Assembly: GCA_965637545.1 (NCBI GenBank)
Contig: OZ281500.1
Location: forward strand, 496,001 to 560,000
Direction: 5' to 3'
Source of the DNA: Phallusia mammillata
Taxonomy: Eukaryota
DNA length: 64,000 nucleotides
Position numbers and translations under genes: made by a program. The notes beneath the pieces were generated by a model. The model had not been told where the DNA came from. It searched no databases and worked only from the letters and a program-made list of their open reading frames with translations. Shown here in pieces: positions 51,301 through 63,500 of the stretch (its first letter is position 1; every line of letters starts with the position of its first letter).

Positions 51301-54300
51301 GCCAGATCCTGGATCTCTGAATTATTCGGTTCTCTTCTCAAGTCTGGAGGCAGAGTTGAGGAACTCTTACTCCCTGCTCCTTAATCTTGTCTTCCGCAAG
51401 ATTGACCGCGACACAAATCCGGATGCGGGTAAAGATGAGAATCGAGATGAAGATGGCAGTGGAGATGGAAGCGGTTCCGGGTCTGGGTATAATGACGACA
51501 ACAAAGATAACAATGAGAAAAAGAGGGAACTACCGTCTTCTTTTGTGGAAGTCAGAATCACAAACCTCACCCAGTCTACTTCAGGGCGCAGTACCTCTGT
51601 TCAACATGTTGTAAGTTTTAAGTTTCCTCCCGCAAGCAAACTATGCAAGGAAGTTTTACTGACAGCATTGACCTCGATAACAAGTTCAAACACAACTGAC
51701 ATCAGCCTCGTGTTTGACTCATCGCCGGCTATTCTGCGGAGTTTATCATCCAGTCAATTCCCCGCAAGCTGCAATGCTACAGTTCTGCAAACTGCAATGT
51801 TGTGGGAGTTAACTTCAGACGATGTGCGGCTGCTCTACGGGATTTCGAGGCTTTTAATCCCGCAGAATTCTCAGTTTGCCAGCATGCCAGCTAACGTTGT
51901 GTTAACCAGGCGCCCTATGGTCGTCGATCTTGTCCAGTTTCTGTACAGGGAAACCAACGAAACTTGGAGGGAACAAAACGAACCGAAGTGTGCCTCAACT
52001 TGCTTAACAGCTAAGCATGTCGTCCAGGTTGAAAGTAAAGATAAACCCATCCTTGAAATGATACTGAGGAGTTTTCTCAAATCTGTGACAGAAAACGGTT
52101 TTAAGTTTTCCTCCCAATCTTTTCTGGGTATTCCATTTGATGTGGAAATTATTGATCCTGCTTTGACCAAAAACGCTTTAAAAGAGAAACAAAAAGAAAT
52201 TGAAGGAAAGACGTTTACCGCCCTGGTTGACTTGACATCTTCCAACATCGCAAATCTCATCAGAACATTGTCAAAAGAGTCAGTAACATACAAAGCGATT
52301 TTAGTATTTCTTGAAACAAACCTTGAAACTGTCTACAAACACGGACTTACAGCCGATAAACCGGAACCTGACATGAATAACTTAAAAGTGGAAATAAGTG
52401 AATTACGTATTGTGGTCAACGAAAGCAATGCTTCCCAATCGGTGTCTTTACTCCACACAGTTACAGTGTTCGGTGGAAACTTAACGTTATTTGGTGCAGA
52501 TGAGCTTGTGTTGTTGTTCAGTGTTGGTGCATCGGGAATGGAAACTAACATGTTCAGCAGAAATTTACGAAACGCGACTTTATTGAGTTACAAGAAGACA
52601 CAGAAGACGATTTGTGATCCGAGTCTGGGTTGGACGCAGGGATCGGTGGATGTTGAGGGATGTAGTGAAGATGCAGAGTGTGTGAGGAACAGCTCTTCTC
52701 TCTTCCAGTGCACATGTGAAGATGGTTACCAGGGTGACGGCTACGATTGTTCGGATGTTGATGAATGTGATGAGGACTCACACGGATGCAGTGTCTTCGC
52801 CGAGTGTGAGAACGAAAAGGTAGTGCATATGTGTACAGCAGGGGTGTTCATCGCGTGGCCCGCCGCTGTTTTTGATTCAAATTGTGTTGCGTATGACCTC
52901 CATATGGGTGTGACTTGCTACTTTACGCAAAAGCTTTCCATGGTACTTCATTTACCGGTAAAAAAGAAGTGTACATGGTGCTGAAGCAACAAAATTTCCT
53001 TACGGTATATTTCCTTACGGTATATTTGGGTTCAAGTTTTTATAAAAACATTGGCCCGCGGGCGTCTTCACCTGGCAAAAATTGCCCCCCATCAAGAAAA
53101 GTTTGGACGCCCCTAGGGTACAGTATTAGTTCATATTTCGCTAACAGATACTATACTCCACTTAACCCAGCATAAATTAGTCTAACTTGACCGGTGTCAC
53201 AAAACTCGGATTCGTAACAGACCAAATACAAGTACTGGGGGGCACGCATTGATAGAATGCATATGTGGCTTTTAAAACTGATTTAAAAGAGATATTTTGG
53301 TCTGTAAAGAATCAGAGTTTTGTGACACTGGCCATGTAGACTAATTTTTACTGGGTTTTAAGTGGAAAGTATGGTATCGGTTAGCGAAATATTAACCTTT
53401 GATGCGCAATACCGAAACCCCTGCTCAAAACTAACTGGTGATGGAATCGTTTTGTAATTATTTCTCGTTTTTAGGGTGGTTACGATTGTGAATGCAAGAA
53501 AGATTTTGCCGGAGACGGTTTCTCGTGCGATGACGTCAACGAGTGTGAACTGGAGCGTGACGATTGCCATGACAACGCCACGTGCACAAACACATTCGGT
53601 GGGTTCGAGTGCTCTTGCGACGACGGTTTTATCGGCAACGGGAAGTTGTGTGCTGGTAAGTTGTTGTTTTTACTGGTTCAAACGCTAGAATAGTTTGCGC
53701 CGCTTTTTTTGTGCGATTTGTGAGTGAGGTCACTGCTGAAGAACATGCTGTTGCCTTTAAGGATAAAAATAACACACTAATAAAAGAACCTCTTTGTGGC
53801 CCCCTTAGCTGTGGGTTGGCGAACAGGAAAATTCATAATAAAGTTGCAATATTTTATGTGTTTTTTTTTTAATCTTATTCTTATGTTATTAATTTACGTA
53901 ATATTACATTTAAGTCAGTTTCTCTGTTCATCGGAGGGCGTTTAATAATCATTTATTTTTGATATATAAACGCGATATCTTAAAACAATGATAAGTTAGC
54001 TGCAAATAGCGCTCACTGTTTCAGCCCATTAGGCTTCATCACCGCAGCTGGCAACAAGATCCAGTCCCACTGTGGTTTATGCCCGGTTCAGTTCTGGCAC
54101 CGAACATATGTAGTGGGGCATATAACATTCAGCCTGTAAGTCCCCAAAACCGGTGCTATAATTTAGCTATGCCAGCCTATATGGTCAATGCCCACCCACA
54201 AGCTGCACTGATGAGCCTTAATAAGTCGAAACAGGGCGCACTGTTTGCAGCTAAAACAAAATATCTGTGTTTTTTTTATAATATGATATCTATGTTTAAA

Positions 54301-56120
54301 TAAAATGTCTTCTGACATTTTTACTTTTCTTCACAGAGCAATCTTTCTTCTACGGTCTCATCCAGCTCAATTCATCCTTCACATTTCTTCCTCAACTTTC
54401 CAACTCATCAAGTGAAGTCTCCAACTTTCTCTCAGATGCCGTAACAGCTTCCCTCACCCCGATGTACGGATTCGAATCCAACCTCAACATCACAGTCACA
54501 GTCACAGCTTTTCTGGAGGGCAGCGTGTTTGTGGAGCATATTGTCACTGTAACAGGCCAAGGAGCTTATAACCTCGAAGCAGAAACTCTCAATCAAACTT
54601 TTGTGGAAGCATCCAACGCCTTTCCAGTCCAGTCTCGTATGTTTTCCCATCCTCTGCGAACTTTAGACCAGATTACCACAGACGGTATTGAATCCGTGTT
54701 GGACTTTCGAGGCCGTGGTGACCTTTTGACCGAAGTTCTGGGTGTTGTTAACAATACAGAAGAAGTTCGATGTCTGAGTGCTGCCGTCCGCATCAATGCA
54801 GACGTTTATGAAGAGTTTGCTGCCGGAAATTCGTGCCCTGTCACTCCTGAGTTTACTGCGAAACTTCAACGACAATTATTTGATAAATATTCCCGGGTTT
54901 ACCCCAACATTATGCAAATGAAGATACAAAGCATTTCTCCGGCAACTGAGCTCACGGAATTTTCAAACCCGGTTGCAAGACTTAATGAAAGCCTCGTGTT
55001 TTCTGGCTCAATCCTGGTTAGAAACCTGCACAATTATACTCGGAACATAAGTTCAACTGAGAACCGAATAATGCAGACAGCGTTAGAGGCTGAGTTAAGA
55101 CGCGCTTACATAAACTCAGTGAGATCTCTACTATCACCTGCTGAAACATGTGACGATTCGGAAAACGATTGCTCAGATGGATGCAAGCAAAACTTGTTGA
55201 CTGTAAGACTGACTGAGTTGCAAAACAATTCACAAGCCGGAACTTTTACAGCTCAGCACATTGTTATTGTGCAACTCCCAGCTGCCACAGCGTACTGCCG
55301 TTACATTATGAACATTACAGGCATCACTTACTTTTTACCAACTGACATTGAACTGGTGAGAGGAATTGATGAGATTGTCGCTGCGAACTTTACGGAACTA
55401 ACACAAAACTGTGCGAATATGTTACAACGTGTTTTCGATATTACAAACCTAACGCCCCTTGACCTGCTAGAGAACTTTACAAATTCACAAACTGATCGAT
55501 ATATTTACGCTCCGCCTTTTAACCTCACAAAGACGAGTTCGCCAGAAGTGAGTGTAAAAGTTCTGACACCATCAATGGAAAGGTTTCCTATAAGTTGTAC
55601 CGACATGATAGCATTTCACAGCGTTGTATATTCCACGAAAACTGCTGACGATTTCAACACATACCTTGGACTTTCGCGTGTATTATCAGCGTTTGCAAAC
55701 AACACCGACAACTCTTACACCGGTCTTCCTTTTGATATCAGCACCCAAAAGTTTAATGCCTCTTTACTTGATAACTCCTCTCCGACTGAAATTAGTTTAG
55801 CTAAACTAAAATTTCTTGGACCACCAACTTTTCCGCTTGGTCCTATAACGAAGTTTGCAACTGTTCCTTCAACAAACGGCCAGTCATCACATTTCAATGC
55901 ATTTGCAAACGATTTAAAAATTGCTGCTTCATTTTTATTAGCTGCGAGAAGTTTTAACATTGAAACCGCCTCAGAACTGCTGTCGGTCTTGGATGGATTG
56001 CGTTCCCCTGTGCGCTCCCTCATTCTGTCGCTGTTGTCTTCACCAGACAATTTCGCTCTGCTCGGGTTAGATCCGTATCTTGGACAGTTGTTGGTAGCAG
56101 CAGTTGAATTAAACCTTTAA
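45327..56120 (+). CDS. Large secreted 2x trefoil + multiple SEA-like + 8x EGF (mostly calcium-binding) mucin/proteoglycan-like protein, about 1,883 aa; exons 45327-45387, 45890-46021, 46319-46378, 46689-46853, 48021-48179, 48605-48784, 49336-49832, 50147-50333, 50574-52819, 53475-53655, 54337-56120
   Basis: Signal peptide MRYKIILCVVLQSMWNRISA. Trefoil 1 is CSLPEHGRVDCGWAGIRRQTCTNIGCCFQIPQGNSPWCYYP and trefoil 2 is CRAVNYASRDNCGYPRITSSACQSRGCCFDSEQQRFAWCFYP. cbEGF repeats follow the DDV(N/D)EC...C...C.N..G.Y.C.C pattern. All 10 introns are GT-AG and phase-compatible, summing to 5652 nt (1884 codons). SEA assignments are by-eye pattern only. Confidence 0.85.
47088..47640. mobile_element. hAT-type MITE in an intron of the trefoil/SEA/EGF gene
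   Basis: TIRs cagtgcttcccaacc / ggttgggaagcgctg; flanks gtgttaag / tgttaaag (imperfect TSD). Confidence 0.75.
52839..53115. mobile_element. hAT-type MITE just inside the intron after the 2.2-kb exon
   Basis: Ends caggggtgttca / tggacgccccta; TSD gtgtacag / gggtacag (7/8). Confidence 0.7.
53174..53347. mobile_element. Short inverted-repeat MITE
   Basis: aattagtcta..ccggtgtcacaaaactc / gagttttgtgacactgg..tagactaatt. Confidence 0.65.
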
Positions 56121-59100
56121 ACATATTTGCACTAATCGTATGTTACACGTGTAAAGTTGTTACAGGCGTATTGTTGATGAACATATATTTGTGTTTGTTT
56201 GTGCCACGTTTTTCGTTCAATTATCACAAACTGTTGCATTTAGTTGCACGGATTAAACTCTGATGTAATTGAAATAAGTTGATGATTGTGTAGGTCTTGA
56301 TTACTCAGACTAAGGCAGTATGGAAAGTTATCCTAGACTATACTCTTAGGCTTAGGCTATTGCAAAAATCATTTCACACTTAAGTTTAAACGAAAAACTG
56401 TTTACGAAACAGTGACTTTAACAGAAAAATGCATAATAAGTCTAAAGTACATTGTAATCAGTTCGATTTGGTCCTTATTTATATCCTTGAAAAAACATAC
56501 CTTGAGTTACCCGTTAAAGTTTCATTTACTGTAAAAGTGTTTTTGCAACAACTTGGGGGAATATCTTCACCTAAGTTTCACATGACCCATAAAAATATCC
56601 AAAGCAGTTTGTCACATCACGGAAAGGCCAAAAGTACCAATGCCTTCGTTACTGTTCGCAAACCAATGCCTTTAGTTTTAAAGTGTGATTAAATAAATGA
56701 ATATAGCCAGAAGAGAGCCTCTATTATTTCACACAATTTTACTATTTGACAGTAGCACTATCTGACTTTAAGTAAACATGTAGGTCCTTGTGACCCCGCA
56801 AAATGTAAGCTATGTGGCCTCCTCGTGTCATTATTTTTTTAATCAGGCCCGCTGTGAAAAAAGTTTAGTGACCCCTGCATTAAACTACTTCGGTCGAATT
56901 AAACTCGAGTTCACCTACGACGCGGATCGTATTTTGAGGTGAGCCCTGATCTTGAGCAAAGATGTAATAGCCATATATTTTGTTGCTAGTGAAAGTTCCA
57001 CTGCCTGATTAGACCATCACATTTTAAAGCTTTATGGTGCTGAGACATTTTACGTAGACAACATGGTACTAACATTAGTTTTAGTTAAAAAGCGCATTGC
57101 AGATTATTTTCCTTTAATTAATTATTAATTCGTTAAAATCTGGCTTTTAGGCAAAATGATTTGGCGTTTTATTATTTAACCTGTGGTGTATCGGATTAAG
57201 CACACGGCAATACAAATTATTTTGATATTTTTGTTCATTTCTGAAATATGGACAAAACTTATGTAAATAAAACAAAAAACACGTAAAAAAATATTCATGA
57301 CTAAGGAGTCATGATAAATGTAAAAAAATAGTTGGCAAAATATTTTAAAAAATAATAAATAGAAATTTTTGAAATTGAATTCGAATGCAACCACCGATGT
57401 TGCGCGCCTCAACAGCGAACAGCTTGCCACGTTTTTTTCTCGCTGCCATTTTAACGCGTGTTGGATGGAAACCGTTTTATCTGGTAAGTTTTGTGTGAAC
57501 TATTTCTTTCATTCTTTGCGCAATTTTATGATTTTTGAACATTGATATTAATACTACAAATTATACATGGTATTGACTTAAAAATATGTAATCGAGAAGC
57601 TTGAAGATATGCTACGATTTTTACATGGTATTGGCCTAAAAATAGCTAATCGTGCAGCTTCTAAAAACATAAATTGCGTTATTAGGTGCAGCCTAAAAGT
57701 TATTCTGTGTTTTTTTAGACGTTTTTCTGTGGTTTACCAACTTCAATTACGTCATCATCCTTCGATCAACATTCCTCAACTTCAAATATTTATTTGTATG
57801 TAAACATAGGAGTCTGTCGTGGGTCAACCGGGATTGCGGAATTGTTAGGCCTAACTTAGGCTAACTGGCGCTAGGGTTGAGCGACCTATTCTTTGCCGAG
57901 GTTGACTCGTAAAGGAAGTCTTCCTTGGTGGTCAAAGAATGGCCCAAGTCTATAGGAGTGCTACGATATCAGCAAGTTGGCGCTAGGGCTACACATAGAG
58001 TGGCACTCGTTAACTAAGGGTAGGTGATAGCTAACATAGGTGGGGTACGTTTGGGATTCGCGCGCCACATAGGGTCATAGCTTAGACCGATTTTTAGCTA
58101 GGTGTGGCGCGTTGCTAAATGGCCTTAGCTAAAATAAGGTGCGTTTAGAAACACGGTCTTGGCATGGCCTCCACCGCATGCGCTGGCCGCGGTGTAGACG
58201 GGACCGAGTACCGGACACCGCTATTTCCAATGAAGGTCCAGGCTCGTGGACCAGAGGAGACCGGCTTGGCATTTTGCCCGAAAAGTTTCGTGAGCCACCC
58301 TGGTAGGGCGCAAACTGTTGTTAATTTTTTTTCAGCCCAGCAGGTGCGTAATTTATTTGGGTCCTTGCGGGGGGACTCTGAGGGCAAGGGCAGTGATGTT
58401 GTTGAAGTTATACGCTGTAATCATCACTGGACCCTTTTAAACAAACTTTTGCGCCTGTCCTAACTGTAATAATAGGGATGTTGTGTTTTGTTTTAGGGTT
58501 CTGACCAGCTTTTATTGTCCTTGCCTACATCCAGTTCAGTTATTCTTTTTCAGCAAAAGAATTTGAACTAGACATCAAGCATGGATATAACTCACTTTTT
58601 CGATTCAATAAAAGTATTGCCTTGCAGTAAAATGCGCCATAAAAATGCCCCTTAACCCCATTATGCTGGTCAAGCCCATTTTTTTCTTGTGGATTTAGGC
58701 TAACTTACTTACAACTTACTTCAGTTCCGGTTTCCTGCTTGACCCGGCCACTCTGTCGTTATGGGGCAATGACAATTTGGGTGGTTGTAAAACATGACAG
58801 ACTCACTTTCTACTTTTCTAGGCTAATTTGCGGCGGTTGTATGTAGGGCAGTTAGTTGAGGCAAGCTTATTTTGTGTACTTTTTCGTTGGCGAACAGGGG
58901 CGTTGGTGGTTTCACTCTATTTTGCAGGTTTGTCTACCTTTCATGCTTAGACACTCTTGATGATGGAGATGAACCAACTCCAACTGCCTCCAAGTTTTTT
59001 GTATACAGATGTTTCTGCTTGCGTTTTCCCTCTTTCATCAACAAAAATGTGTGCAGAGTCCACTTTTTCTATCCTATCATTTCTCCTTAATAAGACCAGT

Positions 59101-59438
59101 TCTTGGGGGGTGTTGTGCCTTTTACATCAGCCGTACAGGTTCTTGTTATTGTGTTTTTGTTTATTACATATTTTTCTAACCATGTGAACCACCAACGCCA
59201 AGTGTTAATAAAGTAGTTCAGAAATCAGAAGTAAGACCTCTGTACTTGGTTGCCAATTCTGAATTTCTTCATTCAAGGTGTGTATACTGTGTATTGGTTT
59301 ACAATCAAATATAAACTGTTTTCTTTTCTTTTTTAGATTTTGCTGTTGATTGAACGATGTTACTGCATTGTATCATTTGACCATAATTGAGCAATAATTG
59401 TTACTGTGTCTTGCTGCAACTTTTAAAGGTAACTGTCA

Positions 59439-59745
59439 TAACAAAAGCCATTTTGCAGGTTTAACAAAAGCCATTTTTGCAGGTTATAACAAAGCCATTT
59501 TTTGCAGGTTTTAACAAAATCCATTTTGCAGGTTATAACAAAAAGCCATTTTTGCAGGTTTTAACAAAAAGCCATTTTTGCAGGTTTTAACATAAAGTCA
59601 TTTCTGCAGGTTATAACAAAAAGCCATTTTTGCAGATTTTAACAAAAGCCATTTTGCAGGTTTTAACAAAAGCCGTTTTTGCAGGTTATAACAAAGCCAT
59701 TTTTTGCAGGTTATAACATAAAACCATTTTTGCAGATTTTAACAA
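59439..59745 (+). repeat. Minisatellite, 12 units of about 25 bp (aacaaaagccatttttgcaggtt(a/t)t)
   Basis: Counted directly; units vary mainly in A/T run lengths. Confidence 0.9.
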
Positions 59746-59849
59746 TATCGTTTACCCTGTTTTTGCAGATTTTAACATTTTCTTTTTAGAATATTAAGCT
59801 TAACGATATTTATAGAAAAGTGTTTCATTTTTAGATATTGTTTTTTTGC

Positions 59850-60560
59850 CTGTTTTAGGGCTTTTGTTTCAAAATGTAACTGTTTTTTTGTTTTGCAGGT
59901 TTTAGGGCTTTTGTTACAAAAGTTAAACTGTTTGTTTTTTGCAGTTTTTAGGGCTTTTGTTTTTAAAATGTAACCCTTTTTTGTTTTGCTTTTTTAACTT
60001 TTTAATATTAAACTGTTTTCTTGCAGGTTTAAGGCTTCTGTTTTAAACATTGAACTGTTTTTTATTTTACAGGTTTTAGGCTTTTCTCATAAAAATGTAA
60101 CTTTTTTGTTTTGCAGGTTTTAGGGCTTTTGTTTTCAACATGTAACGTTATTTTTGTTTTGCAGGTTTTAGGGCTTTTGTTTCAAAAATGTAACTGTTTT
60201 TTGTTTTACAGGTTTTAGGCTTTTCTCATAAAAATGTAACTTTTTTGTTTTGCAGGTTTTAGGGCTTTCGTTTTAAACGTAACATCTTTTTTGCAGGTTT
60301 ACTGTTATTCACTTTTGTTTAACGGCAATGGATTTTATTCGTAGAGACTTCATTCTTTTTTTAGAGGTTTTGTAGTTGTGCCTTCTTCATTAAAAATTAA
60401 CAGGTTTTGTTTTGCAGATTTAATGTTTTATGTTTTGCAGAGCACTGTTTTCAGTTGTAGGGTTTGAATATTTTTTGCAGGTGTAAGTTTTTTTTTGCAG
60501 GTGTAGGTTTTTTCTGTTTTTGCAGGTGTAGGTTTTTTTCTGTTTTTGCAGGTGTAGGTT
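59850..60560 (+). repeat. Degenerate minisatellites: about 60-bp units (aaaatgtaactgtttttgttttgcaggttttagggcttttgttt) followed by short ttttgcaggtgtagg units
   Basis: About 8 long units over 59850-60300 and 3-4 short units over 60470-60560, seen directly. Confidence 0.8.
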
Positions 60561-63500
60561 GTTGTGTAGAGTGTAGGACTTTATTGTATTTCTGAAACAG
60601 CTTTTGAAATTCGAGTGGAATCTTGATTTAACAATCGGCCTGTAACCTGTAAGTACCCTTTTGTACACTATGCATCTAGAATATTAATTCTGTTATTTTA
60701 GATGTTACATTATCCAAACAAGTATGCAGTTACTTCAATGAAGACACAAAACAAAAGATATTTAAGGTACGAAAATCAATTTGGTGTTTTTGTGTATGTT
60801 GGGTAAATTTTTTACATTATTTGAAGAGGTATGAGCAAATTTGTTCAGTCAAATACCTTTCTAACTAATTGCAAACATCACAAAAGGGTGCTGATGAACA
60901 CTTTGAAATTACTGATTTGAACATTTGAATTCATTTTATCTTTGCGAAATGTGTAAGTTTAAATCGAAGCATACATAATGCAATAGCTGAATGTACATGC
61001 ACACAGATGAATCTAATTAGTTGCATACCTTTTTATCACATATTCTGTTTAATTGCATAAGATTATGCATTATTGCATAACAAGCATGGCAATTTTTTTA
61101 CAAGTAAATTTGTTTGCTTGCCGCTGTATATTTTAATGTAAAGTATCTTTTCTGTTTTATTCATCTTTACTGTTACATTTCAGGTTGTTCAACCTCTGCA
61201 TGCAATTAATCTCGACAAAACAAATACACCCCAATTTTCCAGCCAAATGTACTTCAGCAGTTACTTCAGTGAAGACACAACACAATTTATACTTAAGGTA
61301 CAAAAATTGATTTTGGTGTTTATTTGTGTATGTTGGGTTGTAAATGGTGCATTTTACACCAGTGTTAAACTTTTTTTCCGATTCATTTTTGTCCACGTCA
61401 TTTAAAGAGCTATAAGCACATTTGATGCACAGGGTAACTGTATGTCAAGTTAATTGCATTGCATAAAAAAAGCTTGACAAGTTTGTAGAAAGTAAATTTG
61501 CATGTCACTCCTACATAGGCATAGAGTAGGCAGTTTTGGGGCGGTGCCGCCACCTTTGGTTATGTGAATGTTTTGGTTTGGTTCACCATGGGCATTTTGG
61601 TTAATTTGTTAGCAGTATCGTACGAAACATAATCAAATCTAAAGAAACAATTTTGCTTTTCAACAAGCATGCTGGTAATATAGCCACAAAATTTGCCGTA
61701 AAACTGCAACATGGTTAGGTTAGTGCCTTGTTTATGACGTCAAACACACAATTGTATGCTATATAATGTTCGGCCATTATTGTTGTACAATGGGAATGTT
61801 TTGTAATAAATGGTTGTATCAGGTAATATAAAGCAGCAACTTGACGAAATATTTTTTGAACAGGGCCAAGCCAATGATAAACATTACCGCAACATGTTGC
61901 AATTGCAAACTAAAAAAATATTTCAAACGTTTTTATCTGATTTTGATGAACGTTGTATTCTATGGAAAGTTTGTTGGGCTTTGAATTTGAGTTTTTGTGG
62001 TTGCACGCCTTAATGACGTCACCTAAAGTGCGTCACCTTGCATTTTGTAACACGCAGTCTGCAGGAGTCTCTATAAATTTTTAACATTTTAATTTTTTGT
62101 GAGTTTTGTATTTATCTTTACTTGCATTTCAGACTGTTCAATCTCTGGATACAGTTGATCCTGATGAAACAAATACTCTTCCTTAACTGATCGTGTCATC
62201 TCAGTACATACAGTGACAGACCAGACCTGCAGTGGACTGGACAAAGAGGCAGAAGAGCACCACAGACTTTATTGCAGTGCTTCATTCCACAACCAATGTG
62301 GCACAACAGGTCGTGAAAAAACAGATAAAGTCAGTCAGGGATACTTCACAGTGCCTGTTCAGATTTGCAATATGTGCAAAACATTAAGACATTTGTGTGA
62401 ACAAAAACACTGGTGGTAAAAACAAACTAACTTCTTCAACCTTGCTTTTTAAGTGTAAACATTTTGACATTTGGAAAAGAGTGTATTGTTCTATATCATA
62501 ATCAACATGCATTACCGATTTTTTTTCTGGCCTTCTTTTGCTGTATTTGCGTGTGTTTTGATATATAACAGTTCTTATGGAATTATTATCTGCCTAGCAG
62601 GGAACATTGTGCTAAAACTGAAACAAATTCTTTGATAAAAAAATAATTTGTATATTAATCCTACAGCAGATGAAACAACTGTAAAAATGTTACTGTTGCT
62701 AAGCCACTTTATAATTTCATACAACATTACAATTTTATGCATTATGCAATTGAATGCCAGGTAAATGGGGGGCAGAATATTTAACAATTTACTGTATGTA
62801 TTGTTTTACTACTCTTATGACATTACTTTCTGATTTGTGTTTTGTGTAACACTGCAATATTGCTTTCATAGTATGTCAGGCCAAATGCTTCATGCCGAGT
62901 GCATTGTATATTCCTTTAATAGTTTCGATTCTGATTGTGAAGAACTAAAATATTTCGTATTTATTTGTTATTTGTTTCATTTCGAATCATTAAGTTTATG
63001 AATTAAGTTTATTTATTGGCTCTATGCTTTTACATAATCATTAAGTGATTTGACACTCTGGACAACATACAACATGTACATTGTTTGTTTCCTACCTGGT
63101 CTGAATGCTTTTTATCGAAATATCGCTTGCAATGTCACTTATATACTTGATATGTTTTACAAAATCATGACTTTGTTAAGAAAATCTTACCCATAATACA
63201 GTGGTCTTCAAGCTATTTCATCCTGTGGCCCACTTTAGTAAACCAATATAAATTTCCATCTTTTCTTACACAATTGTTTAACCTGTCTGATCACACCGAC
63301 CACCCTTGATAAGCAACCCTGTTTTCAAATCATGATCATGTTTTCCATACCGTACAATGGCAATTTAGTGTGCCAAATTTTCTGCGTAGCTGCATAGCAA
63401 AGCATTAAGTATTTTTGTACTGTCATTCATATCATTTTTACCAATTTCGTGTTATCCTTGCATTTCTTTTGTGTGATTTGTTCACAAATTTTTTGCTATC

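Noticed and set aside
58150-58215. Superficial resemblance to an HDV-like ribozyme (ggcatgg...cgctggc)
   Set aside because: The nested double pseudoknot (P1-P4, P1.1) and catalytic C could not be built; only a simple hairpin is supported.
59439-59745. Repeat array as a CRISPR
   Set aside because: Units are contiguous with no unique spacers, there are no cas genes, and the context is eukaryotic.
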